Of a DNA stretch of 40,008 bases, positions 25,998 to 36,207 are shown piece after piece. Made by a program: the position numbers and the translations under genes. The notes under the pieces were generated by a model. It saw nothing but the letters and a program-made list of their open reading frames with translations. It made no database searches and had not been told where the DNA came from. Numbering within the stretch: the first letter of the stretch is position 1; the number at the start of each line of letters is the position of its first letter. Source of the stretch: Actinomycetota bacterium (lineage in GTDB: Bacteria; Actinomycetota; Actinomycetes; Nanopelagicales; Nanopelagicaceae); NCBI GenBank assembly GCA_005787645.1, contig SYAM01000012.1:1-40008 (forward strand), given 5' to 3'.

Positions 25998-27434
25998 ATG
26001 GCGCTGAATCAACCACAGACGATAGCGATACTCCTTGCCGCTGGTGAAGGTACGCGGATGAAATCTGACGTACCAAAGGTGCTCCATTCAATCCTTGGTC
26101 GAACCCTTATTGGTCACGTTCTTGCTGCAACCGATTCATTGGGTGCACATGAGCGCGTGGTCGTCGTCGGAGCAAAGAGTGATCAGGTCATCGAAGAGAT
26201 TGCTGCGCACGACAATTCAATAACTACAGTCGTGCAAGAGCGACGTGGGGGCACTGGGCATGCTGTGCGAATCGCGTTAGAGACAGTAGAAGTTCCTGAC
26301 GGTGCAGTCGTCGTGGTGCTCGCGGGCGATGCGCCCCTCATTACTGACGCAACACTCAACCACTTGGTACAGGTATGTCAGAATGCAAATGCAGGAGCGG
26401 CAGTGCTCACCGCCGATGTCGATGATCCACATGGCTACGGCAGAGTTATTCGCGATCCCGACAATGGAATTGTAAAAATAGTGGAAGAAAAAGATGCCAC
26501 TGATGAGGAGCGCGAAGTACACGAGGTAAATAGCAGCATTTACGCTTTTGAGGCTAAAGCGCTCAAATCAGCGCTCGCCGAGATTAAGCCAAATAACGCA
26601 CACCATGAAGAGTATTTAACCGACGCAATCGAAATAATTCGCGCGAGCGGTAAGAAGGTAATCCCGGTTGTTGCTCATGATTACTTCGAGATTCTCGGCG
26701 TGAACGATCGAATTCAACTCGCAGAGGCGACCGCAATCATGCGCGATCGGATCAATCTTGAGTTAATGGCTTCCGGGGTGACGTTGATTGACCCACCAAC
26801 TACCCTTATCGATGTGACCGTTACCATTGAACCTGATGTGACTATCAAGCCAGGATGCCAAATCGAAGGCATCACCACCATCGGACGGGGCAGCCTCATC
26901 GGGCCCGACACCCGCCTCTTCAACTGCACCGTAGATGCCGATGCGGTCATCATCAAGTCTGAATGTGATGGCGCTAGCATCGGTCGCCACGCACATGTCG
27001 GCCCGTATTCCTTCTTACGACCAGGGGCGCACTTGGGCGATGGGGCGAAGGTTGGCTCATTTGTGGAGGTAAAGAACTCCACGATCGGTGCTGGGTCCAA
27101 GGTTCCACACCTCTCTTATATAGGCGATGCCACGATTGGAATTGAGAGCAATATTGGGGCCGGGACTATCACCGCCAACTACGACGGCGTGGCTAAACAT
27201 CAGACTGTCATCGGCGACCATGTCCGGATTGGTAGCGACAACATCCTGATCGCTCCCGTTGAGGTGGGCGATGGCGCCTACACCGCCGCCGGTTCGGCCA
27301 TAACAGAAAATGTGCCACCAGGGGCAATGGGCGTGGGAAGAGGGCAACAACGGAATATTCTCGGCTGGGTAGGGCGCAAGCGAGCAGGTAGCGATTCTGC
27401 GAAAGCCGCAGATCAAGCGAGTAAGAGTAAATAG
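25998..27434 (+). CDS. glmU: Bifunctional UDP-GlcNAc pyrophosphorylase / glucosamine-1-P acetyltransferase
   Basis: LAAGEGTRMKS, GTGHA, EEYLTD, GVNDR, hexapeptide repeats, VPHLSYIGDA, NYDG. Confidence 0.96.
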   Translation: MALNQPQTIAILLAAGEGTRMKSDVPKVLHSILGRTLIGHVLAATDSLGAHERVVVVGAKSDQVIEEIAAHDNSITTVVQERRGGTGHAVRIALETVEVPDGAVVVVLAGDAPLITDATLNHLVQVCQNANAGAAVLTADVDDPHGYGRVIRDPDNGIVKIVEEKDATDEEREVHEVNSSIYAFEAKALKSALAEIKPNNAHHEEYLTDAIEIIRASGKKVIPVVAHDYFEILGVNDRIQLAEATAIMRDRINLELMASGVTLIDPPTTLIDVTVTIEPDVTIKPGCQIEGITTIGRGSLIGPDTRLFNCTVDADAVIIKSECDGASIGRHAHVGPYSFLRPGAHLGDGAKVGSFVEVKNSTIGAGSKVPHLSYIGDATIGIESNIGAGTITANYDGVAKHQTVIGDHVRIGSDNILIAPVEVGDGAYTAAGSAITENVPPGAMGVGRGQQRNILGWVGRKRAGSDSAKAADQASKSK

Positions 27435-27441
27435 GAGTGAA

Positions 27442-28422
27442 GTGAGCGAAATCCGACTCTCCTCTGAGAAACGTCTTCGACTTTTTACTGGTCGCGCCTT
27501 TCCTGAGTTAGCTCAAGAGGTCGGTGACGAAATAGGCATTCCACTCACACCTACTTCTGCTTACGATTTCGCAAACGGTGAAATTTTTGTGCGCTTTGAA
27601 GAGAGCGTCCGTGGTTGTGATGCTTTCGTGTTACAAAGCCATGCAACTCCGGTAAATAAACATATTATGGAGCAATTAATCATGGTCGATGCGCTCAAGC
27701 GAGCATCAGCAAAGCGCATCACTGTCATCGCACCGTTTTACGGTTATGCCCGTCAAGATAAGAAGCATCGCGGTCGCGAACCAATCTCTGCCCGTTTGAT
27801 GGCTGATCTCTTTAAGACTGCTGGGGCAGATCGATTGATGGTTGTTGACTTACACACTTCGCAGATTCAAGGATTCTTTGATGGTCCGGTCGATCATCTT
27901 TTTGCACTCCCATTGCTTGCGAATTATGTTGGAAGCAAAGTCGATCGCTCACGATTGACGATTGTCTCGCCAGACTCAGGTCGAGTACGCGTTGCAGAGC
28001 GTTGGTCTGATCTACTTGGCGGTTGCCCGATCGCCTTCATACATAAGACTCGTGACCCACGAATTCCCAATGAGTCAAGGACTGGTCGCGTTGTAGGAGA
28101 TGTCTCCGGGCAGACGTGCGTTGTGATTGATGACATGATCGATACCGCAGGAACTATCACCAAAGCCGTTGATGCGCTCTTTGATGAAGGAGCGCGTGAA
28201 GTAATAGTTGCTTCAACACATGCTGTGTTATCTGGTCCGGCAATCGATCGATTGAAGAATTCCCGGGTCAGTGAGGTCGTGGTAACGAACACTTTGCCTA
28301 TCCCCGAAGAGTCACGATTTGATCGGCTTACTGTCCTATCCATTGCCCCACTTCTTGCTCGGGCAATACGAGAGGTCTTCGAAGATGGTTCGGTAACTAG
28401 CCTCTTTGATGGCCACTCCTAA
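27442..28422 (+). CDS. prs: Ribose-phosphate pyrophosphokinase
   Basis: FANGE, YARQDKK, DLHT.QIQGFF, IDDMIDTAGT. Confidence 0.96.
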   Translation: MSEIRLSSEKRLRLFTGRAFPELAQEVGDEIGIPLTPTSAYDFANGEIFVRFEESVRGCDAFVLQSHATPVNKHIMEQLIMVDALKRASAKRITVIAPFYGYARQDKKHRGREPISARLMADLFKTAGADRLMVVDLHTSQIQGFFDGPVDHLFALPLLANYVGSKVDRSRLTIVSPDSGRVRVAERWSDLLGGCPIAFIHKTRDPRIPNESRTGRVVGDVSGQTCVVIDDMIDTAGTITKAVDALFDEGAREVIVASTHAVLSGPAIDRLKNSRVSEVVVTNTLPIPEESRFDRLTVLSIAPLLARAIREVFEDGSVTSLFDGHS

Positions 28423-28463
28423 CCATTAGTAAGCCAGATTTTTCAAAGTAAGCCTCCTTGGGC

Positions 28464-28571
28464 TACTCTTCAATCCTTCCGGCGAGGGGATGAAATTCCC
28501 GTCATCGACGGCTTGCTCTAGGGCCTGCCTCGTGTCTTGCTGGTAACTAACCGAGAACACTGGGGGATCAG
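28464..28571 (+). promoter_or_regulatory. Predicted rplY promoter (-10 TACTCT) and structured 5' leader
   Basis: TACTCT at 28464-28469, followed by a nested stem-loop at 28479-28511. Confidence 0.45.
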
Positions 28572-29207
28572 ATGGCCGAAATCAAGATTGCAGCGAAGGT
28601 TCGCTCTGAATTTGGAAAGGGCGCCGCACGTCGTGCTCGCCGTGATGGTCTAGTACCTGCAGTTATCTATGGCCATGGCGAGAAGCCAATCCATATCGCT
28701 CTTCCCGCACGCGAAGTCGGCCTTGCGCTCAAGACCTCAAACGTCCTTCTCGATATTGATTTAGGTTCACAGGTCGAACTCACCCTTCCAAAATCGGTTG
28801 TTCGTGATCCGATTAAGGGCACTCTCGAACATATCGATTTGATTCTGGTCCGTCGCGGTGAGCGCGTGGTGGTCTCGGTCCCTGTTCACACATTTGGAAA
28901 GTACGACCAAGATGGAATCTTGGAGCACGTACATAACTCAATTGAGGTAGAAGTTGAAGCGACCTCTATTCCAGCCCATCTCGAACTTGATATGGAAGGA
29001 CTGGTCGCAGGAGACTCTCTCTATGCTGCTAACGTCAAACTTCCTGATGGCGTCACATTGGTCAGCGATCTAAAGATGATTGTTGTTCACTTGAGCGTTC
29101 GTTCTGCTGTCGAAGAGGTCGTTGCAGCTCCTGCTGCCGAAGGCGCTCCTGCTGCCGAAGGCGCTGCCGGTGAAACTGCCTCAGGCGACGCTCCAGCAAA
29201 GAGTTAA
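28572..29207 (+). CDS. rplY: 50S ribosomal protein bL25 / Ctc
   Basis: R..FGKGAARR.RR, VPAVIYGHG, HID, Ala/Glu-rich tail. Confidence 0.95.
   Translation: MAEIKIAAKVRSEFGKGAARRARRDGLVPAVIYGHGEKPIHIALPAREVGLALKTSNVLLDIDLGSQVELTLPKSVVRDPIKGTLEHIDLILVRRGERVVVSVPVHTFGKYDQDGILEHVHNSIEVEVEATSIPAHLELDMEGLVAGDSLYAANVKLPDGVTLVSDLKMIVVHLSVRSAVEEVVAAPAAEGAPAAEGAAGETASGDAPAKS
29127..29162 (+). repeat. 18-bp tandem repeat (2 copies) in the rplY tail
   Basis: GCTCCTGCTGCCGAAGGC twice, encoding APAAEG twice. Confidence 0.9.
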
Positions 29208-29236
29208 TCAATCCCTAGATTTATTGCGAACTAGCC

Positions 29237-29830
29237 ATGAATGCCAATACGTCATATTCATGGTTAGTCGCCGGACTTGGTAATCCAGGCGAGAAATACG
29301 CTTCAACTCGCCATAACATCGGCTTTCTTGTGGCAGATGAGTTAGCAAAACGCTTCGCAGGAAAGTTTGGATCACACAAGTATCGAGCACAGGTAGCCGA
29401 AGTCCGACTAGGGGTGGGCAGTCAGTCACCTCGTCTAATCATCGTCAAACCGCAGACTTATATGAATGATTCCGGAAATGCTGTCGCACCCCTTGCACAG
29501 TACTTCAACTGCTCACCTGAGAACATCATTGCAATTCATGACGAATTAGATATCCCGTTCGAGACTATTCGAGTGAAAATCGGTGGCGGCGACAATGGGC
29601 ATAATGGTTTGAAATCGCTGACTCAATCCTTAGGATCCCCAGATTATCTCCGCGTCCGCATGGGCATTGGTCGCCCGGTGACTCAGCAAGATACCGCTGA
29701 CTATGTCTTGGATAATTTTGGAAAGAGCGAGCGGAATGTAATTCCCGATTTGGTCATGCGCGGGTGTGATGCAATCGAATCATTGATTACTAAAGGCCTT
29801 GAGCTAACACAGCAAAATTTCAATAAGTAG
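29237..29830 (+). CDS. pth: Peptidyl-tRNA hydrolase
   Basis: GLGNPG, TRHNIGF, KPQTYMN.SG, HDELD, GHNGLKS. Confidence 0.96.
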   Translation: MNANTSYSWLVAGLGNPGEKYASTRHNIGFLVADELAKRFAGKFGSHKYRAQVAEVRLGVGSQSPRLIIVKPQTYMNDSGNAVAPLAQYFNCSPENIIAIHDELDIPFETIRVKIGGGDNGHNGLKSLTQSLGSPDYLRVRMGIGRPVTQQDTADYVLDNFGKSERNVIPDLVMRGCDAIESLITKGLELTQQNFNK

Positions 29831-29843
29831 AAATTACCTGGTA

Positions 29844-32525
29844 TTACCCCGTATTCCGAAGCCCCGCAGCAATCCCGTTAATGGTGAGCAAAAGCGCTCG
29901 ATTCAAGACACCATCAACTTCCTCTCCTTTTCGAACTCGCCGTAAGAGCGAAACTTGGAGCAGTTGCATGGGGTGAAGATACACATCTCGAATCGCAAGA
30001 GTCTGAGCGAGTATTGGTTGATCACTAAGAAGTGCGCCCTTTTTGGTAAGTAGCAGAATTTCATCGACTGTGAGTTGATATTCACGCTTGATTTCTTCGA
30101 AGAAATGCTTGAGCTCGTCATCGACAAGTGAATTTACGTAGTGCTCAGCAGTATGTAGATCAGTCTTTGCAAGAGTCATCTCCACATTGCTGATGAAAGT
30201 CTTAAAGAAGTGCCATTCATCAAACATTTGATCCAGGATTTTCCCCTGTCCACCTTCGCGAGCAGCTTTAAGTCCACTTCCTACCCCAAACCAACCAGGG
30301 ACAATCTGTCGTGACTGGGTCCAACCAAAGACCCACGGAATTGCCCGCAGACCAGAAAGCCCTGCATCTGAATCAGGTCGACGTGATGGTCGCGAGCCAA
30401 GGTAGAGATTCCCTAATTGTTCTACAGGGGTAGATTGATAGAAATATTTTGGCAGGTCTGGATGCTCTATAAGGTTGCGATAACAGGCCATCGCCGCGCT
30501 ACTGACTAAGTCCATACAGGAATCCCAATTAGCGAGGTCGCGAGCGCTTTGTCGTGGTGCGAGATTCAAGACGGTTGCTTCAAGGGCTGCAGCAAGAATT
30601 AACTCGACATTCTCACGCGCAAGTGATGGCAAAGAGTATTTATCAGAGATGACCTCGCCTTGTTCGGTCATCTTTATCTCTCCAGCAAGTGAGCCCCACG
30701 GGAGCGCCAAAATCGCATCGTATGTTGGACCACCACCGCGTCCTACAGAGCCACCTCGTCCATGGAATACCCGTAAGTGGATTCCTGCTTTGCCTGTGAG
30801 ATCACGTAATTTCCGTTGGGCGCGATGTATTTCCCATTGGCTAGTGGTGATACCAGCATCCTTATTGGAATCCGAATAGCCCAGCATCACTTCCTGAATA
30901 TCCCCGCGTAACTCAACTATCTCTCTATATTCTGGGATTTCGAGTAATTGGTTAAGGATGCTATCTGCGCTCTGCAATTCGGCAACAGTCTCAAGTAAGG
31001 GAACGAATCCAATAAGTGCTTTTCCTATCGAAAGATCCACTAAGCCAGCTTTTACAGAAAGCACAACCGCAGCGAGAAGATCGTTTGCAGATTTAGTCAT
31101 TGAAACGATGTAGCTCTCAATTGCCTCATCACCAAATTTTTCGATGATTTCTCCGATTACTGTGAAGGTATCAAAAGTCTGTTTTCCACGTGTATCCAGC
31201 GCTTCACGATTGATTTTTTCACCATTTCGCAACTCCGAGACCAATAATCGCGTTCGGGTGTCTTGATCTAAATCAAGATATCCAGCAATACCTTTTCCGG
31301 CGAAGTATTGATTGAGCACATGGTGATGCTGATGTGAATGTTCACGCACATCAAGGGTCACGTGCGTCAAACCGCATGCAGATACTGTTCTAATCATCTG
31401 CTCCAGTTCGCCCGAAGCAATCAATTCACCTTTATGCTCTAAAAGCGAGTCCCGCATCAGCAATAAATCATCTAAGAGTTCTTGGGTATTCGCATAGTCG
31501 CGACCAGGGACATGCGGCCCTTGGTTAGCGTGACGTTTTTGGGTGAGTATCAATTTATGACGTATAGCAGTTGTCTTGAGGCGATATGGCTCCTCCACAT
31601 TAAGTCGCTTATAACGATCCTCAAACTCAGGAAGGTTTTGCAGGTCCTGTTCAATCGATGTGACCAGCGCATCACTGGCTCCTACAAGCCTTGCTGAAAT
31701 GGAGAGTGACTGGCGTAGCGCATCGAGTTTTTCAAGGAGCACTCGAACTGCATGACCAACTTGAAGCGTGATTGTCTCGGAGGTGATCGCTGGAGTTACA
31801 TTGGGATTTCCATCGCGATCACCGCCGATCCAGCTCCCAAAAGAGAGGGGGCGGGCCAACGGATCGAGTTCGATTCCATATCGAGAAAGCTCGAAAGAGA
31901 AATCATCGAGGACTTGAGGAACGGTGTGCCGATGTAAATCATCAAGGTAGTACAGAGCGTTCGTGGCTTCATCGAGCGGTTCGGGCTGTTCGAGCCTTAA
32001 CTCATCAGTCTGCCAAAGCAGTTCTATTGCCTCTGCAAGTTTCTTATCTCGTTCTCGCAAATTCTGCTCATTAAGCAAATGTGCGACGGTACCCAATTTA
32101 CTAAGTACCGATCTGCGCGCCGCTTCGGTTGGATGAGCAGTGAATACAGGCCGAACCGAGAGAGTGGCTACCGCTCGTGCCAATTCATCTGAAGTGATTT
32201 TTGCCTCGCCAATTTTATGGAAAGTTTGTTGCAACCACGACTGGCCATTTACCCGACCTTCGTACAAGGTGCGAGCGCGGTGAACCTGCTCTGCGATATT
32301 TGCCAGATGAAAGTACGTGCTAAAAGCGCGCACTAACTTAATACTCTCGGCTACATTCACTTTTTCTAGAATATTCGCACCCAAGGGTGACTCTTCGCGT
32401 ACCGCCAGACGAACAGATTCAACTAAATCCAGGAGCGCTTGGCCTTCTTGTCGCACCAGCGTCTGACCCAACAATTCGCCTAATCGACGCACATCTGCGC
32501 GCAGGTTTGTCACCGAGGCTTGCAT
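29844..32525 (-). CDS. ppc: Phosphoenolpyruvate carboxylase
   Basis: VFTAHPTE, SWIGGDRDGNP, QEVMLGYSDSNKDAG, FHGRGGSVGRGG, LRAIPWVFGWTQ, C-terminal GLRNTG. Confidence 0.97.
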   Translation of the reverse strand: MQASVTNLRADVRRLGELLGQTLVRQEGQALLDLVESVRLAVREESPLGANILEKVNVAESIKLVRAFSTYFHLANIAEQVHRARTLYEGRVNGQSWLQQTFHKIGEAKITSDELARAVATLSVRPVFTAHPTEAARRSVLSKLGTVAHLLNEQNLRERDKKLAEAIELLWQTDELRLEQPEPLDEATNALYYLDDLHRHTVPQVLDDFSFELSRYGIELDPLARPLSFGSWIGGDRDGNPNVTPAITSETITLQVGHAVRVLLEKLDALRQSLSISARLVGASDALVTSIEQDLQNLPEFEDRYKRLNVEEPYRLKTTAIRHKLILTQKRHANQGPHVPGRDYANTQELLDDLLLMRDSLLEHKGELIASGELEQMIRTVSACGLTHVTLDVREHSHQHHHVLNQYFAGKGIAGYLDLDQDTRTRLLVSELRNGEKINREALDTRGKQTFDTFTVIGEIIEKFGDEAIESYIVSMTKSANDLLAAVVLSVKAGLVDLSIGKALIGFVPLLETVAELQSADSILNQLLEIPEYREIVELRGDIQEVMLGYSDSNKDAGITTSQWEIHRAQRKLRDLTGKAGIHLRVFHGRGGSVGRGGGPTYDAILALPWGSLAGEIKMTEQGEVISDKYSLPSLARENVELILAAALEATVLNLAPRQSARDLANWDSCMDLVSSAAMACYRNLIEHPDLPKYFYQSTPVEQLGNLYLGSRPSRRPDSDAGLSGLRAIPWVFGWTQSRQIVPGWFGVGSGLKAAREGGQGKILDQMFDEWHFFKTFISNVEMTLAKTDLHTAEHYVNSLVDDELKHFFEEIKREYQLTVDEILLLTKKGALLSDQPILAQTLAIRDVYLHPMQLLQVSLLRRVRKGEEVDGVLNRALLLTINGIAAGLRNTG

Positions 32526-32673
32526 GGTCATATCTTGGCAGAGCGAGCGCGGTAGCATTACCGCGTCGAAAGACGGATATGACCGAGCCCCCCGCCTCCG
32601 CGGAAATTTGGGGCTCTTTGGCCATGTTTAAAGAGAGGGGGGAGTGGAGAGCGTGGAGAGAGTGGGACTTGTC

Positions 32674-35600
32674 ATGACAGATAACAGCGCGATATCCCCC
32701 CGAGTCGATCTCACCCACCTCACAGATGTCCTTGACGTATCCGCCTGTGACCGCGCACTTAGTTCTGGCGAAATCGTCATCGCACCACTGCCCTCTGCTG
32801 GAGTGCTCATTTCAGCCCATGCACAACTTTCTTCAAGCGAACGCTCCGGGGCTCCAATAGTTGTGCTTACAGCCAACAATGGTCTAGAGATCTTTGAGGA
32901 ATTGAAATACCTTCTTCATGATAAGCGCGTTCATCTATTCCCAAGTTGGGAGACGCTACCTCATGAGCGTCTGAGCCCGCAGAGCGATACCGTCGCATGC
33001 AGGTTTGAAACTTTACGCGCAATCCTCAACAATCGTTGCGATGCAGTAGTTGTACCCGTGCGTGCATTCATTCAACCTTTCATCAAAGGATTTGGTAACG
33101 CAGATGTGCCGCTATTTCAAACAGGTTTTCAGATTGAAATAGGAGTTGCAGTGAAAAAATTGCTTCAGCTTGGATATAGTCGAACTGATCTTGTCGAAAA
33201 ACGTGGTGAATTCGCTCAACGTGGTGGCATCATCGACCTATTTCCGCCGCAGGCACAACACCCTATCCGAGTGGAATTCTTTGATGATGTTATTGATAAG
33301 GTTCGCTACTTTTCAGTTGCAGACCAGCGTTCGTTGGAAGTTTGCGAAGAGGGACTTTACGCGTTGCCTGCGCGAGAGATTCTCATCACGAGCGAAATCC
33401 AGGAGCAAGCGCGAGAATTAAAAGAGGCAAATCCATTACTCTCAGAGATGTTAACAAGAATCGGTGATGGAATTCCCATCGACGGCATGGAGTCTTTGAT
33501 GCCAGCTCTAGTAAACGAAATGGAGACTCTTACCGATTTATTGGTAGATAATTCCCGAATAATCTTGGTAGGACCCGAGTTAATTCGTAATCGTGCGGCA
33601 GAGTTAATTAAGACGGGTGAGGAGTTTCTCGAAGCTTCATGGCTCAATGCCGCTGCGGGCGGTAGGACGCCAATTGATCTGGGGACCTTACGACATCATT
33701 CATTTCGAGATCTCAATGAAGAATTGGAACGTACTCGAAGTTGTGGGCACACCATTTCGTCAATTGCTCCTTTTGGTGGAGGAGAGGATGCAACGGATTC
33801 ACAATTACGAGCAGTGGAGCCATTTCGAGGTAATTCTGAGGGCCTGATCGACTATCTGAAAACGAGGATTAATGATCAGTGGTCGATATTAATGACATCT
33901 ACAGGTCACGGCACTGCCATGCGATATGAGGAAATGTTACGAGGAGAGGGAATTCCCACCTCGAACTCTTTACTCGCTGGTGCAGTTTTCATCACTACTT
34001 CACCAATTCGACATGGTTTTATCTCTGAACCAACGAAGTTCGCTCTAATAACAGAGCGAGACTTTGCGGGTAGTAAAGCGCAGGATGGTGAAAAGACTTC
34101 ACTCGCATCAAGGCGCAAAAATCGGATTGATCCACTATCGCTCAAGGAGGGGGATTTTGTCGTTCACCAGATTCATGGAATCGGAAAGTTCATCGAGATG
34201 GCTGAGCGAGTAGTAAATGGAACCAAACGTGAGTATCTAGTCATTGAGTATGCATCGAGCAAGCGGGGTCAATCTGGAGACCGCCTCTACTTGCCTACCG
34301 ATTCACTAGATCAGGTCAGTAAGTATGTTGGGGGCGAAAATCCGACAGTTCATCACATGGGTGGAGCGGATTGGCAGAAAGCAAAAGGTAAAGCCCGAAA
34401 AGCGGTAAAGCAGATTGCAGCAGAACTCATTCAACTCTATGCCGCTCGCACTAGCTCGCCAGGATTCGCATTTTCACCAGATACTCCATGGCAACGTGAA
34501 TTAGAGGATGCCTTCGCTTATGTAGAGACCATTGACCAACTAGCGACCATCAGTGAGGTAAAGAAAGATATGGAAGCTCCATATCCGATGGATCGTATTG
34601 TTTGCGGTGATGTTGGCTTTGGCAAGACTGAAATCGCCATTCGCGCAGCATTTAAAGCAGTACAAGATGGCAAACAAGTGGCTGTACTCGTGCCCACCAC
34701 GTTACTTGTCCAACAACATCTGACAACTTTTTCTGAACGTTTTGCTGGATTTCCGGTAAAGGTCGCTGGGCTCTCCAGATTCGCAACCGCTGGAGAAATC
34801 AAGAAGTCACTCGTCGAACTACAAGATGGCGGAGTCGACGTCGTAATTGGCACGCATAGATTGCTTTCCGGCGATGTTCAGTTCAAAGATTTAGGCTTGG
34901 TAATCATCGACGAGGAGCAGAGGTTTGGCGTAGAACATAAGGAAAAATTGAAGCGATTTCGGGCTCACGTCGATGTACTTTCTATGTCGGCGACTCCAAT
35001 TCCTCGGACTTTGGAGATGTCCATTACTGGAATCCGAGAGATGTCAATGATGGCAACTCCTCCCGAGGAGCGCCATCCAGTTTTGACCTATGTTGGTGGA
35101 TACGAAGAGAAGCAGATTACTGCCGCGATTCGTCGTGAGCTGCTACGAGATGGTCAAGTCTTCTACATACACAATCGCGTCAACAGTATTGATAGGTGTG
35201 CGTCTCGAATTTCGGAGCTCGTGCCAGAAGCACGAATTCGAATTGCTCATGGCCAGATGAATGAGAGTGCTCTTGAAGGAGTGATTCTTGCATTTTGGGA
35301 GCGTGAATTCGATGTGTTAATTTGCACGACAATTATCGAAAGTGGCATCGATATTCCAAATTCAAATACTTTGATTGTTGAGCAAGCCGACCGAATGGGG
35401 CTATCCCAACTCCATCAACTTCGTGGACGCGTCGGCAGAGGTCGCGAAAGGGGTTATGCATATTTTCTCTTTGACACCGATAAGCCTCTCACTGAGACTG
35501 CTCATGACAGGTTGGAGACCATTGCTGCCAACACTGAATTGGGTTCAGGAATGCAGGTAGCCTTAAAAGATCTCGAGATTAGAGGTGCAGGGAATTTATT

Positions 35601-36201
35601 GGGTGGCGAACAGTCTGGGCATATTGCTGATGTGGGCTTCGATCTTTATATAAGAATGATTGGCGAGGCTGTTGCAGATTTCAAGGGAGAAAAACATCAA
35701 GAGCAAGAGTGCAAAATCGAATTGCCTATCGATGCCTACCTTCCGCATGACTACGTAGAAAGCGAGAGAGTTCGACTTGATTTGTACCGGCGCTTGGCTG
35801 GCGCTACCCAAGAAGAGCAGATTGATGAGGTCGAACATGAACTCATCGATCGATTTGGCCCATATCCTCAGCCAGTGGTCAGCCTTCTCAAGATTGCAAA
35901 GGTTCGAGTGCGTGCCAAAGCCCTCGACTTGACCGAGGTGGTGGCACATGGAAAACATCTCCGATTGGCGCCGGTGACGTTGGGGGATTCGCTGGCAGTT
36001 CGGATGGAGCGGCTCTATCCAGGGCATATATATAAGGCGAGCCAGGCTATTTTGCTACTACCCCTACCTCAGCCAACTGGGGTGGCATTCGAAAAGGTGA
36101 AGTTGGGCGATAATTCTCTTCTCGAATGGGTGGCTTCGGCTTTGGAGTCCACCATCCGTGAAGGTGCTAGTCGGGTAAACGCAGAGAAGAAAGAGAGTTG
36201 A
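32674..36201 (+). CDS. mfd: Transcription-repair coupling factor
   Basis: WETLPHERLSP, RGGIIDLF, CarD/RID domain, GDVGFGKTE, DEEQRFGV, SATPIPRT, QLRGRVGR, TRCF domain; start uncertain. Confidence 0.96.
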   Translation: MTDNSAISPRVDLTHLTDVLDVSACDRALSSGEIVIAPLPSAGVLISAHAQLSSSERSGAPIVVLTANNGLEIFEELKYLLHDKRVHLFPSWETLPHERLSPQSDTVACRFETLRAILNNRCDAVVVPVRAFIQPFIKGFGNADVPLFQTGFQIEIGVAVKKLLQLGYSRTDLVEKRGEFAQRGGIIDLFPPQAQHPIRVEFFDDVIDKVRYFSVADQRSLEVCEEGLYALPAREILITSEIQEQARELKEANPLLSEMLTRIGDGIPIDGMESLMPALVNEMETLTDLLVDNSRIILVGPELIRNRAAELIKTGEEFLEASWLNAAAGGRTPIDLGTLRHHSFRDLNEELERTRSCGHTISSIAPFGGGEDATDSQLRAVEPFRGNSEGLIDYLKTRINDQWSILMTSTGHGTAMRYEEMLRGEGIPTSNSLLAGAVFITTSPIRHGFISEPTKFALITERDFAGSKAQDGEKTSLASRRKNRIDPLSLKEGDFVVHQIHGIGKFIEMAERVVNGTKREYLVIEYASSKRGQSGDRLYLPTDSLDQVSKYVGGENPTVHHMGGADWQKAKGKARKAVKQIAAELIQLYAARTSSPGFAFSPDTPWQRELEDAFAYVETIDQLATISEVKKDMEAPYPMDRIVCGDVGFGKTEIAIRAAFKAVQDGKQVAVLVPTTLLVQQHLTTFSERFAGFPVKVAGLSRFATAGEIKKSLVELQDGGVDVVIGTHRLLSGDVQFKDLGLVIIDEEQRFGVEHKEKLKRFRAHVDVLSMSATPIPRTLEMSITGIREMSMMATPPEERHPVLTYVGGYEEKQITAAIRRELLRDGQVFYIHNRVNSIDRCASRISELVPEARIRIAHGQMNESALEGVILAFWEREFDVLICTTIIESGIDIPNSNTLIVEQADRMGLSQLHQLRGRVGRGRERGYAYFLFDTDKPLTETAHDRLETIAANTELGSGMQVALKDLEIRGAGNLLGGEQSGHIADVGFDLYIRMIGEAVADFKGEKHQEQECKIELPIDAYLPHDYVESERVRLDLYRRLAGATQEEQIDEVEHELIDRFGPYPQPVVSLLKIAKVRVRAKALDLTEVVAHGKHLRLAPVTLGDSLAVRMERLYPGHIYKASQAILLLPLPQPTGVAFEKVKLGDNSLLEWVASALESTIREGASRVNAEKKES

Positions 36202-36207
36202 TTACGG

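Noticed and set aside
29127-29162. 18-bp repeat as a contingency locus
   Set aside because: In-frame repeat in the disordered Ala/Glu tail typical of Ctc proteins
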